NCBI GenBank assembly: GCA_029856105.1
Contig: JAHQWH010000210.1
Span: 1 to 64,000 of the forward strand
DNA: 64,000 nucleotides
From: Promethearchaeia archaeon
Lineage (GTDB): Archaea > Asgardarchaeota > Lokiarchaeia > Sigyniarchaeales > SOKP01
Reading direction: 5' to 3'
This document shows positions 1 through 9,968 of this stretch, piece after piece. How positions within the stretch are numbered: the first letter of the stretch is position 1; each line of letters begins with the position of its first letter. The notes under the pieces were generated by a model, which made no database searches, was not told the DNA's origin, and saw only the letters and a list, made by a program, of their open reading frames with translations. The translations under genes and the position numbers were made by a program.

Positions 1-2
1 CA

Positions 3-728
3 ATTGTTGGAATAGTTACGAATGGCTGGTTCCTTCCAGATAAAATCAAAGAATTTGGAGATGATATAGATTTTATTCTTATATCTCTGGACTCCCCTAA
101 ACCTGAAGAACATGATCAGATTAGAGGGTTGCCTGGATTGTATGATAAAATAATGGATTCTGTTGCTATTGTTAAAGAAAGCTATCCCTTGATTTCACTA
201 CAATTTAGCTTTTCAATCAGTAAATATAATATAAATCGTGTTGAGGAAATGATAAATTTATCAGATAAAATTGGAATTCCCGTTGCTTTTAATGTAATAA
301 ATACTGTCCGCCATTATTCACATGGTGATGTAGATGAGAAAGGCATACTTTCTGCGAACGATAACGATATTAGTAAAACATTTGAAAGAATTTTAGACGC
401 TAAGAAGAACGGTTCGAAAATATTAAATTCAGAAATGTATCTAAACCATTTTATTGGTGGTAAAAAGCAATACCTATGCCACGCAAAAAAGGTTTTCATG
501 TTTGTAAACTATAACGGAGACATTGAAAATTGTCTTCAAATTGATAAACCTATAGCTAATTTACGACAAACATCTGTTAGTGAAGTGTTACAACTTCCTC
601 AATTTGTTAAATTCATTAAAGAGACCGAGAAATGTTATAGCTGTAATTCTCCCACAATGATCGACACAAGTTATTTATGGGATGATCTGAGATTGTTAAC
701 AAAATCAGGAGGTATTTCATTTGGTTAG
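3..728 (+). CDS. Radical SAM protein with C-terminal SPASM/Twitch-like domain (5' part lies outside the window)
   Basis: Frame is open from nt 3: IVGIVTNGW...ISLDSP..EEHDQIRG (TNG, SLD, HDxxRG radical SAM barrel motifs). C-terminal Cys: CHAK...NGDIENC...CYSC. The CxxxCxxC motif would lie upstream of the window. Confidence 0.8.
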   Translation: MVGIVTNGWFLPDKIKEFGDDIDFILISLDSPKPEEHDQIRGLPGLYDKIMDSVAIVKESYPLISLQFSFSISKYNINRVEEMINLSDKIGIPVAFNVINTVRHYSHGDVDEKGILSANDNDISKTFERILDAKKNGSKILNSEMYLNHFIGGKKQYLCHAKKVFMFVNYNGDIENCLQIDKPIANLRQTSVSEVLQLPQFVKFIKETEKCYSCNSPTMIDTSYLWDDLRLLTKSGGISFG

Positions 729-744
729 ATTTTTATTATCTCAT

Positions 745-2724
745 CTAATAGTATTTCTCTATCAAAAGATTTATTTCTTTCTCTTCCAAACCAAATAATT
801 CAAAAAGGAGTTTATCAATAATTTCTTGAACTAATTGTTGATTATTTTGTTTTGTGGATTCGAATATTTCATTTAATAAAGACCTATTCCTGTCGTTAGA
901 AAAAAGTTCTAATTCAAGAATTCTTTCCTGGATTTCTTTTAATTTATGAGGTTTCTTGACATTAGTGAAGTGAATCATCCATATAGCTAAGAGTTTTATT
1001 AAGGATATTTTAAAAACTTCTTCGTCAGATTGAAATAATTGTAAATTTGGAACATATAATTGGTCTTCTAATTTCGTTTTACTTCTTTTGATTGAAATGT
1101 TATTAGCTTTAAATAAGAAATTAACTAATTTGGAGTTTAAATAAGCAATAAAAAATATATAATCGACTTTTGTCTCGTCATCTTTCGGCCATAAGAAGTA
1201 AGTATCAGAAGTTGCGTAATATATATCTTCTGAATAGCCAAATATGTTCTCTTTTGAGATGTATTTGAAGAAAATTTTTTGGTTTTTATCATATAAAGGC
1301 TCAAGATTAGCTATACTTCGCTTGTTGTCAATTCCATTTCTAATTATAAAACTACCCCTTCGAGGAAAATATAAATCTTTAACGTTTTCTTTTGCGTTTG
1401 TTAATATCTTTTCCAGTTCCTCTTTGTATTGATGTAAATAAGACGTTAATACGGGATATTTTTTTTTTAAGAGCTCATTCCTTCTGTTCTTATCTCGATT
1501 TTTAAATTCTTCCTTATTGAAGTATATAATATATCCATGAAAACCTTCCATTTTATAGCCATAAGACCTAATGGAACTACTTTTATAAATTTTTTTCAGT
1601 CTTTTCTTCTCTTCCTCGTTTAATTTAACAAATTCACCTTTGATTTTGACGAATACTTCGTTATACCTAAATTTTAGATTCTCGTTAGGGTTTAAAATAA
1701 AAATCTCGTCTTTAATTAATATCAGTCCATTTCTGATAATAAAATAATCTTTTAAGAAACTAGTTTTACCTTTAACTACACAAAAGAACTTAATTTTATC
1801 AACGATATTTTTTACTTCTATTGGATACAAAAGATTCCAACTGCCTTTACTATCTAGTTCTCTGTTAGTTAAAGCAGATTGATATCGCGTAACAAAATTG
1901 TGATTTAAGGAGTGTTTCAAGGAATGGTTCAACGTGTCAAAAATAGCCTTATTAGAGTTATTATTAAATTGATTTTGGGTTTTAGAACTTGTAATTTGTA
2001 CTACTTCTATTTTCCTATTTGTTTTTTTTAGCTTATCGTTTTCTGTCTTCTTTTGAAGCGAAAAAATACAGTTATGCTGTCCAAGAGCATCTCTAAATAC
2101 TCTTATCCTCGATAAATCAATATATTGAATTAAAAAACACTCGTCTAATATGTGTGGTTTCAATAATTTAATACCAGTTTTTTTGGATTTAGTAATCCAA
2201 TAATTTGTTGTAATATAAGTAAGAATTCCACCAGGTTTCAACTTAGCTATTCCAAGATGGATAAAAAAATAAAACAAGTCCATATTGCCAACGAAATATT
2301 CGTGACAAAAGGGATAATTTTTTATTAAGTTCTGAAAAACTTTTGCGTTATAATTTTGACCTAAGTAAGGCGGGTTTCCAATTATAACATCGAATTTTTC
2401 GTTAATATCAGAACCTAAAAAATTTTCAAAACGAAAATGAACGTTAGGATAATTTTTAACCAATTGCGATTTTAAACAATTATCAATTTCATACGCAGTA
2501 ATGTTTGTGAGATTATATTCTAATAAATTTTTTAAAAAAATGCCCTCCCCTGTTGCAGGATCGAGAACCTTTAAATCGTTAATTGCAATACTAAATTTAT
2601 CTTCATAGTTTAAAGTTTTAATTAGCTCGAGAACATTTGAAACCATAAACTTAGCGATATGGCTAGGCGTAAAAATTTGTCCAATTATGGCGTTTTGTTG
2701 TTCTATATCCTTTTTTGTATCCAT
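745..2724 (-). CDS. N6-adenine DNA methyltransferase, gamma class (M.TaqI/Eco57I-like) with C-terminal target-recognition domain
   Basis: GQIFTP, motif I LDPATGEGIF, motif IV GNPPY, C-terminal YLNSKLV; no nuclease domain recognised. Confidence 0.85.
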   Translation of the reverse strand: MDTKKDIEQQNAIIGQIFTPSHIAKFMVSNVLELIKTLNYEDKFSIAINDLKVLDPATGEGIFLKNLLEYNLTNITAYEIDNCLKSQLVKNYPNVHFRFENFLGSDINEKFDVIIGNPPYLGQNYNAKVFQNLIKNYPFCHEYFVGNMDLFYFFIHLGIAKLKPGGILTYITTNYWITKSKKTGIKLLKPHILDECFLIQYIDLSRIRVFRDALGQHNCIFSLQKKTENDKLKKTNRKIEVVQITSSKTQNQFNNNSNKAIFDTLNHSLKHSLNHNFVTRYQSALTNRELDSKGSWNLLYPIEVKNIVDKIKFFCVVKGKTSFLKDYFIIRNGLILIKDEIFILNPNENLKFRYNEVFVKIKGEFVKLNEEEKKRLKKIYKSSSIRSYGYKMEGFHGYIIYFNKEEFKNRDKNRRNELLKKKYPVLTSYLHQYKEELEKILTNAKENVKDLYFPRRGSFIIRNGIDNKRSIANLEPLYDKNQKIFFKYISKENIFGYSEDIYYATSDTYFLWPKDDETKVDYIFFIAYLNSKLVNFLFKANNISIKRSKTKLEDQLYVPNLQLFQSDEEVFKISLIKLLAIWMIHFTNVKKPHKLKEIQERILELELFSNDRNRSLLNEIFESTKQNNQQLVQEIIDKLLFELFGLEEKEINLLIEKYY

Positions 2725-2812
2725 CTAATCTTAATATTAGTTTATAACCTCTAAAAAGGTGATGTTTTTCTAAAAAGAAAGGAAAAAAAAGAAAAAGCTT
2801 TTTGTATTACTG

Positions 2813-4339
2813 TTAATGGTCGTGATTATGCCCGTGTTGCTCCATTTTTACGTTAACTGGTTTTAGAGAACCGATAGCCCAGCCAGTGACTTCGTTTAAT
2901 GAAGGATGAATGACCATGGATCTGTAAATAGGCATAAAAGATCCTCCTTCTGGACACGCGCGCGATAATTTAGGGATATCTTCCTCCCTAGAAGATTCTG
3001 GTAAGACACATGTAAATCCAGAATTCATTAAATAGACGAAAGGTTGCACCAAGATCGCTGCGTGTGGTCCAACAACATGAGCGCCTAAAATTCTATAGGA
3101 CTTATCGACAACTAATTTGACGAATCCGTCGTCGTCATCGTTATTACTGAAGCCCATAGCGTAGCCCTTTGCTACCGTGGAATATTGTTTTATAGCAATG
3201 TAAATTTCGTAACCTTTATCAATAGCTTCCTTTTCCGTCATCCCTACGTGGCCAACTTGAGGATAAGTAAAAATTGCCCAAGGGACTGCCGAATAATCTA
3301 CAGATTTTCTCTGTTCTTTTGGAGCAAAAATATTATTAGTACATACCTCTGCTTCGTAATTCGCTTTGTGTCTAAACTGATAACGCCCATTAGCATCACC
3401 TATGCACCAAATATTCTTTTTATTCGTTTCTAGATATTGATTGGTTGTTACCCATCCGCGATTATCTATCTGAACGCCAGTTTCTTCGACATTTAGGATG
3501 TCTGCGTTTGAGCGTCTCCCCGTAGCTACGAAAATTTCCTCGCCCTTAACTTCTTTCGTCTCACCTGTATTAACATTTTCTACAACAACAACTTTTAAAT
3601 TACCCTCTTTTCTGACTTTAACTGCCTTGTGATTTGTTAAAACAGTCATGTGTTTTCCAAAGCTCTTTTCGAGAAGCACACTAATTTCTGGTTCTTCGGT
3701 TGCTACTAATCGCGGTAGCATTTCTATTATAGTAACATTAGTCCCCATAGCTGAGAAAATATGGGCGAATTCAGCAGCAATTACACCCCCTCCGATAATT
3801 ATGAGAGTTTTCCAAGGCTTTACGGGGAATTTTTCGCCAAAAAAGCTTCTATTGGTTATGTATCCTATTTCTTCTAAATCATCTATTGAAGGGATAAAAG
3901 ACCGACTACCGGAAGCGATAACGAATCGTTCTCCTTTAAATTTTCCAAGGCTCTCCTTTCCATCGATCGATTTTACTTCCATCTTGTAATCTCCAATAAA
4001 TTCTCCAACTCCACGATACAACTTAAGATTTGGAACATGCGCCAATCCCTGCTCCATTTCCTTACTCTCGTCGATTTGTGTCCACATTCTTTTAGCTATT
4101 AAATCCCAATCTATTCTTTCTACTTTAAATTCTACACCAACTTTGCTAGCATGTTGAGCTTCACGAATTAAATCAGCTGGATGGACCAAAACCTTCGATG
4201 GAATACAACCGCGCGTTAAACAAGTACCACCTAGTTTGGTATCTTCTATTAAAGCACATTTTAGCCCCATTTGCAGACCCGTGTTTAAGACGTTTAAACC
4301 GGCTCCAGACCCAATAACAACTAAATCATAATTCTCCAT
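2813..4339 (-). CDS. Pyridine nucleotide-disulfide oxidoreductase (dihydrolipoamide dehydrogenase / mycothione reductase-like)
   Basis: GSGAG FAD motif, GGTCLTRGCIPSK redox disulfide, GGGVIAAE, HPSLNE C-terminal His-Glu pair. Confidence 0.88.
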   Translation of the reverse strand: MENYDLVVIGSGAGLNVLNTGLQMGLKCALIEDTKLGGTCLTRGCIPSKVLVHPADLIREAQHASKVGVEFKVERIDWDLIAKRMWTQIDESKEMEQGLAHVPNLKLYRGVGEFIGDYKMEVKSIDGKESLGKFKGERFVIASGSRSFIPSIDDLEEIGYITNRSFFGEKFPVKPWKTLIIIGGGVIAAEFAHIFSAMGTNVTIIEMLPRLVATEEPEISVLLEKSFGKHMTVLTNHKAVKVRKEGNLKVVVVENVNTGETKEVKGEEIFVATGRRSNADILNVEETGVQIDNRGWVTTNQYLETNKKNIWCIGDANGRYQFRHKANYEAEVCTNNIFAPKEQRKSVDYSAVPWAIFTYPQVGHVGMTEKEAIDKGYEIYIAIKQYSTVAKGYAMGFSNNDDDDGFVKLVVDKSYRILGAHVVGPHAAILVQPFVYLMNSGFTCVLPESSREEDIPKLSRACPEGGSFMPIYRSMVIHPSLNEVTGWAIGSLKPVNVKMEQHGHNHDH

Positions 4340-4471
4340 AAATTCAATTTTACCTATATCACTTTTAAAGTTTTTACTAATTTTTTATTGATTACTCGAA
4401 AAATTAGACTTATTAGGACATTTTGCTCCTATTTGAATAGTTTTAAAGCGGTAATAAAAGAAGATTATAAT

Positions 4472-5662
4472 TTACTTTCGCATTTTAATAAAACCGCCAG
4501 ATTTCATTAACGCACAAGGTTTAAGGTATTTTTTACCGCTTATTTTAACAAACTCTTCTAACATTTCAGACCATTTTTCGTAATTTCTTTTTCCAGGACC
4601 AAAAGGTCCGGGGATGCTCGTTCCAGTCAACATCACATCATCAATAATTTTGTATCCAGAAACAATACTATCTTCTAAAAGCTTGCATCCCTCATTTAAC
4701 ATTATGGCCATTGACATTTCAGGATTATAAATGCCTGCTTTTCTATCTAAATTTATTTTTGGTTTCCCACTCGTCCAATTGTAAAACCCTCTTCCTGTTT
4801 TTCTCCCCAAATTCCCCTCCCTTACGAGATTTGTTAGAACTTTACCAGGGCTAAAATCGGGAGAGAAAACTTTTTCATAACTTTTCAAAACATTGTAAGA
4901 AACATCTACGCCAAGATAGTCGGTCAACTCGCACGGCCCCATTGGAACTAATTTCCTTGCTTCAGCATCGGCATCAATTTGTTCCCATGGAATACCTTTC
5001 TCGAAAGCTTGATCAACCACCCAATTAAAATATATAATTTGTGGAGTGAGTAATCTATTTGCAATAAATCCGGGACTCTCTTTCTGAATTCTCACGGAAA
5101 GACGTTCTCCTTTGAGACAAGGTAGCTTTTTACCAATTAGTACTCCAATATCCAAAGCTTCTTCATTTGTTTTTTCACCTCTCATTACTTCAACGCAGCA
5201 TTGAAGGATAACCGGAAGGAAAAAATGCATTCCTATAACTTTTTCGGGTCTATTTGAATCTTCGGCGATCTCTGTTATTCTAAATGTAGATGTATTTGAG
5301 GCCAAAATACAGTGAGGAGGCGAGTTTTCCATAATAATTTTACAAACTTTTTTTTTAATTTCTATTTTTTCAACGACCGCTTCAAATACGAAATCAACCC
5401 CTTTAACCGCAGATGTTAAATCTATTGATTTCTTGCATCTTGCCATGATATTCGAAACGGATAATCCTTCTCCTAATTTGCCTTTTGCTTCAACTTTTTT
5501 TAAACCTTCTTCAATTTTAGCTAAGCCATTGTTAACAATATCGTCTTTAATATCAACTAAAGTTACATTATATCCAGCCATTAAAGCAACTTGGGCAATG
5601 CCATAACCCATAACTCCCGCTCCAACAACAGCAATGTTTTTTATATTACTTATATCAACCAT
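4472..5662 (-). CDS. 3-hydroxyacyl-CoA dehydrogenase
   Basis: GAGVMG, EAVVE, ASNTS, GMHFF, PGFIANR, GRKTGRGFY; duplicated C-terminal domain. Confidence 0.92.
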   Translation of the reverse strand: MVDISNIKNIAVVGAGVMGYGIAQVALMAGYNVTLVDIKDDIVNNGLAKIEEGLKKVEAKGKLGEGLSVSNIMARCKKSIDLTSAVKGVDFVFEAVVEKIEIKKKVCKIIMENSPPHCILASNTSTFRITEIAEDSNRPEKVIGMHFFLPVILQCCVEVMRGEKTNEEALDIGVLIGKKLPCLKGERLSVRIQKESPGFIANRLLTPQIIYFNWVVDQAFEKGIPWEQIDADAEARKLVPMGPCELTDYLGVDVSYNVLKSYEKVFSPDFSPGKVLTNLVREGNLGRKTGRGFYNWTSGKPKINLDRKAGIYNPEMSMAIMLNEGCKLLEDSIVSGYKIIDDVMLTGTSIPGPFGPGKRNYEKWSEMLEEFVKISGKKYLKPCALMKSGGFIKMRK

Positions 5663-5922
5663 TTTTTTTTCTAACTCTTAAAATTGAGATATCTATTTTA
5701 AATATACTCATAAATATTAAACATTTATGTTAATGAATTAAATCTGGAAATGTTCTCTTTGAAAAATAGATTAAAGTTTATTTCCTCTTTTTCTGAGATA
5801 AGTACACATATCTCAGCATTAGGATTACCATTATGCCTTATAGTAAAATGCAATTATATAACGATGAAAATTAAAAAAAAAGAATGAATAAGACAAAAAA
5901 AATAAGAAAGATTTATTAAATT

Positions 5923-6852
5923 CTATCCTTCGATAATATCCTTTAGTTTAGGGAATATTCGGGGGTAATGTACAGCCATGCAATGGATTCCATCAATAAG
6001 ATTTTTCCGCTTAAGCTCACCAATGAATGGTTTGAAAAGTTCATAATTGTATTGGTCATACAACTCCTTTTTCTGTTTTTTGTCGGTGACATCCTTCTTT
6101 ACGCTCTTCCACTTAGCCAGAATCTCCTTAGGGACGCTAACGCCTGGAACAAAAGTATCGAAACCTTTAGCAATTCCATACGACTTCATTGGAAAGATTC
6201 CGAGCAGGATAGGTACTTTATACTTCCTGATTCCTGTTAGAAATTCTATCGTGCGATCAAGATCGTATACTACTTGAGTTTGTATAAATTCACAACCCGC
6301 TTCTGCTTTTCTACCAATTTTCAAGACTTCTGGCCCCATTGGATCAGAATTAGGATTTGCTGCGCCCCCCACATGCAGTTTTGGAGGATCTTCAATCTCG
6401 TAGCCATTGATAGAACCTTTATCAACCATTTCTCGTACAAGTTTAATTAAAGTTGCTGAATCAAGATCGAAGACTGGTTTAGATTCGGGCATGTCACCCA
6501 TTGCCGTGTGATCTCCAGTGAGAGAGAGAATATTGTGAATACCTAGAGCCTGAGCGCCCATGATCATACCGGCAATACCTAATTTATTAACATCTCTCAC
6601 GGTCATCTGCCAAACGCATTCCAAGCCGGCAGCTTTTTGAATTAAATGTGTGGCTGCCATAGAATTTATTGTCACGATTCCTAAAGGACTATCTGTTACA
6701 TTTGCAGCAATAACATACGGAGCCATCTGCTTCGCTTCTTCGATCGTATGGGAAAGGTCACAAGTCTTTTCTGGTTCGAGTTCGCCGGTCAATATGAAAT
6801 CGCCCTTTGCGAGAGCTTCTCCTAACTTTGAATATGATTTTACTTCTGTCAT
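5923..6852 (-). CDS. metF: Methylenetetrahydrofolate reductase catalytic subunit MetF (copy 1)
   Basis: TGELEP, ANVTDSP, QMTVRDVN, LTGDH, FIQTQ. Start placed at ATG 6852, 10 nt after GGAGGT; the ORF track start is 6870. Confidence 0.88.
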   Translation of the reverse strand: MTEVKSYSKLGEALAKGDFILTGELEPEKTCDLSHTIEEAKQMAPYVIAANVTDSPLGIVTINSMAATHLIQKAAGLECVWQMTVRDVNKLGIAGMIMGAQALGIHNILSLTGDHTAMGDMPESKPVFDLDSATLIKLVREMVDKGSINGYEIEDPPKLHVGGAANPNSDPMGPEVLKIGRKAEAGCEFIQTQVVYDLDRTIEFLTGIRKYKVPILLGIFPMKSYGIAKGFDTFVPGVSVPKEILAKWKSVKKDVTDKKQKKELYDQYNYELFKPFIGELKRKNLIDGIHCMAVHYPRIFPKLKDIIEG

Positions 6853-6860
6853 TTTCACAT

Positions 6861-7532
6861 CTACCTCCATACTACCTCTCTTTGATGACCAATATCACTC
6901 CAATCTAAGGGGTCTCTTAATTTTGCGAACAAATCTAAACGTCCTAATTCTTTTAAGCGATTATAAATCAATACCCATCCACAATCCTTCTCGTAATTGC
7001 CCACTTCACATTTTCCGTCTACCATTCCGCCACAAGGCCCATTCATAAGCGATTTAGCGCAGGTTGTTATCGGACAAATTCCACCAGTTTCGTTTAATAA
7101 ACATTGTCCACACCCCTGGCAGCGCATATAGAAACGTCCGATGCGTTCTGTCTCGCCTATAAACTCCGTGTTATTAGCCGTGAAAACTGGTATTGTTGGG
7201 TGAGTTTTTGAAAGAACTGTAATAATTGACTGTACTCCTAAACCGCAAGCTAGCGTTAAAATAGCGTCAGATTTCTTAACATCATCATCAATAACTCGTA
7301 AATCTTTTTTCATCACACGGTTATCACAAACATCGTCGCTCACTATTGCATTAGTAACATTAAAGCCTCTTTCTTTTAGTTTTGCCGACCATTCTTCAGC
7401 CCCTTCAGATCCTCCAGTTTGACAGAGAGCCGCGCAAACCCCACAGCTCACGACTAGTATGTTTTTAACTTTAAAATTGTTAAGTGCTTCAAAAACTTCT
7501 TCCTCTGGTTTTTTCGTAGTTATTACAACCAT
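6861..7532 (-). CDS. metV: Methylenetetrahydrofolate reductase Fe-S/Zn subunit MetV (copy 1)
   Basis: CGVCAALCQTGG, ACGLGVQ, CQGCGQC..ETGGICPITTCAKSLMNGPCGG...CEV...CGW; directly upstream of metF. Confidence 0.88.
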   Translation of the reverse strand: MVVITTKKPEEEVFEALNNFKVKNILVVSCGVCAALCQTGGSEGAEEWSAKLKERGFNVTNAIVSDDVCDNRVMKKDLRVIDDDVKKSDAILTLACGLGVQSIITVLSKTHPTIPVFTANNTEFIGETERIGRFYMRCQGCGQCLLNETGGICPITTCAKSLMNGPCGGMVDGKCEVGNYEKDCGWVLIYNRLKELGRLDLFAKLRDPLDWSDIGHQREVVWR

Positions 7533-7640
7533 AATTCTTAACTCTTTTTTATAATTTTATTAGATTTTAAATTTAAATTACTTGTGATAAATAAATTAAT
7601 GAAATTATTAAAATTTAATTTTTTTAGATCAAAGGTAAAC

Positions 7641-7714
7641 ATTTTTTATGACTAAATTTATTGTCATATTGATAATTATTATATTTTTTATGACGATTTT
7701 CTAAATAATCGTCA
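7641..7714. promoter_or_regulatory. Candidate regulator sites upstream of metV1: inverted repeat TGACGATT-N8-AATCGTCA (7691-7714) and direct repeat ATTTTTTATGAC (7641, 7683)
   Basis: Repeats read directly in the intergenic region 5' of metV1; function is inferred. Confidence 0.45.
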
Positions 7715-7929
7715 AAAATATCAACATAATGATCAGATTTAAAAATTATTATTATTAAAATTGATGAATTTAAGAAGATAAAAACTTAAAGATAAGAAAG
7801 ATGTGGATTCAAATACAAAAAATCCATACCCATTTTTAAAGAAACGATGTAAAATGTTATTAAAAAAAATAAAATAAGAAAAAATAATATTTTCTATTGT
7901 TAAATTAAACCCATATATAAAAAAGACCA

Positions 7930-9426
7930 TTAACCAATCAAGTAGGGAAACATTTTGGCTAATGGAACCGCTAAACCGCCAAGTAAAGAGCCGATAGAGG
8001 TCAATTTTTTTAAATAGGTTTTCATATCTTTAGTAACTTTTATTGTCCTCGTTTTTCCTTCAATAATCGTGCCATCAGAAGACATTAAGAATATTTGAAT
8101 CGTTTGTTCTCCCGTTTGTCTTGGCTCTAAAGTTAACCAAGTCGAGTCTCCGTTTTCTATCATGGTTGATAACACCCCTACGATATCAGTACCTTCAGAA
8201 GAGATTAAAGGAATGGGTTTCTCTGGGATTAAGAAGACCCCTCTACCTTCAACCTTGATTGCTAAATTTAATTCGCTAGGTTCAAAGCCGGGAGCAACTA
8301 CTTTTATAGTGTATTTTTTATCTTCTGGGGCATTGTTGTAGAGAAAGATCATAATATTTAGTTCAGCATTCAAAAATACCACTTCTTGGGCTGAGGAATC
8401 CATATATATCGGATCCTTTGAAACGCGTTCAATATTATCAGCGAGTTCTAATTGAAGTCTATCAATGATGTTGAAGAAGCCCGGATTGTATTTTTTGATA
8501 TAAGCAAATAGTTTATAGACATCGGTAGTAGAAAAATACCACGAATTCTCAATTAGTAGTCCCTTTTCGACGTCAAAATCCAGCGAGTTAACGTCAATAA
8601 TTTCTGCCAGTTCTCGGGTAAATTGCTCTTTGGCTAATACATTTTGATATCTTAAATAATATAAAAACAAAAGCGATTCAATTGCAAAAGTTACTGGGAT
8701 TTCTCCTTCTTCTTGCTCTTTGATTTTTTGAATAAAGGAGGGCGTCAAAATTTTGTTAATCCCTGCTAAATATTCGTCCCATTTGAGGAATGTAACAGGA
8801 TCTAAATGATCGGAAAATACTTCTCCAAAAAAATTGTCCAAAAATATACTATGAGACGTGGGCTTGTAGAAGTCTTGTAGGCCGTTTACATCGTGGATGT
8901 TCAAATTCAGACTTCTAATTAACAGCGCTAATCCAAAACCTACTAACGACAATCCAACAGCGGCAAAACCGATATCAAAAAGCGTAGGCACTAATAACAT
9001 GACAACGAATAGAACCAGTGAGAGTATACATACGAATCCTATTATTTTAATTAAGTTTGTGACTCTCTTGACGCTGTTAAAGAGTAAAACAAAACCATCA
9101 AGGCTGTCAATTGGTCTCCCTCTTTTTCTCTCGAAATTCAATCTTGCCTTAAGAGACGCAGTAGTTTTAATTCCACCTAAGATAAGGATAGCCGAGTTTA
9201 CGCCATAAATTGATAGTATAATTATAAACACATATCTTAGGGTTAAATCAAGAAGAGCAATGTTAAGCAATGCTAACAAAGCCATTAGAACGAGTACGAT
9301 AGGTAAGACATATAGAAGTAATTTTCCCCATTTAGTCATATATCTTACTAATTTCCCTTGAGTTCTCTCTTTTTTAACTATTTTAACTAAATCTTTATCT
9401 AATCTTCTTTCCATTTTATAAATCAT
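7930..9426 (-). CDS. Hypothetical membrane protein (about 4 N-terminal TM helices, soluble domain, beta-rich C-terminal domain)
   Basis: 498-aa ORF with hydrophobic segments in the first ~175 aa; no family recognised. Confidence 0.75.
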   Translation of the reverse strand: MIYKMERRLDKDLVKIVKKERTQGKLVRYMTKWGKLLLYVLPIVLVLMALLALLNIALLDLTLRYVFIIILSIYGVNSAILILGGIKTTASLKARLNFERKRGRPIDSLDGFVLLFNSVKRVTNLIKIIGFVCILSLVLFVVMLLVPTLFDIGFAAVGLSLVGFGLALLIRSLNLNIHDVNGLQDFYKPTSHSIFLDNFFGEVFSDHLDPVTFLKWDEYLAGINKILTPSFIQKIKEQEEGEIPVTFAIESLLFLYYLRYQNVLAKEQFTRELAEIIDVNSLDFDVEKGLLIENSWYFSTTDVYKLFAYIKKYNPGFFNIIDRLQLELADNIERVSKDPIYMDSSAQEVVFLNAELNIMIFLYNNAPEDKKYTIKVVAPGFEPSELNLAIKVEGRGVFLIPEKPIPLISSEGTDIVGVLSTMIENGDSTWLTLEPRQTGEQTIQIFLMSSDGTIIEGKTRTIKVTKDMKTYLKKLTSIGSLLGGLAVPLAKMFPYLIG

Positions 9427-9968
9427 CTGTTTAAATTCTGTAATACTTAATAATTATATAGTTAGAATAATAGAAAACGTACTTTAAAATTTTAATGAAA
9501 ATATTTCTTTTGATTTCTTACAATATTATCGTTATTAAAAACTAAATACCAATTAAGGTATTGATCAAAAAAGAAAAATTAAAAAAAAGAATTAGTAAAT
9601 AAGCTATAAAAATTCTTTAAGTTGTAAGTTTTTGATCATTTTTTACCAACATTTTTTAGTATTTTTATAACCTTTTCCTTACAATTTTTTAATAATAGTG
9701 CGGAAAAAATCGTAGAAAATCTGGAAAATGTCGTTTTTCAATCGTTTTTAAATCCTCAAAGTTAATAGGAGGGATTTTTTTCCCCCAAAAAGTAAGGATT
9801 CCTTTTTCAATCGTTATATGTTCAGAAAAAGTTAGATTTTCAAAGATTCGCCCGATCTCGTAAAATGGGGTAAGGAAATTTTCCCATTATATTTATATAC
9901 TAATTTATTCTTAAAGTAATTAATAATAAAAAAATAAAAATAAAACAAACTCGGAGTGAAAAAAAAAT

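Noticed and set aside
7739-7930. 63-aa ORF in the ORF track
   Set aside because: F/N/I-rich translation of AT-rich intergenic DNA; no protein-like features.
9427-9968. Replication origin
   Set aside because: No adjacent orc1/cdc6 gene and no recognisable ORB consensus; kept only as an unexplained structured spacer.
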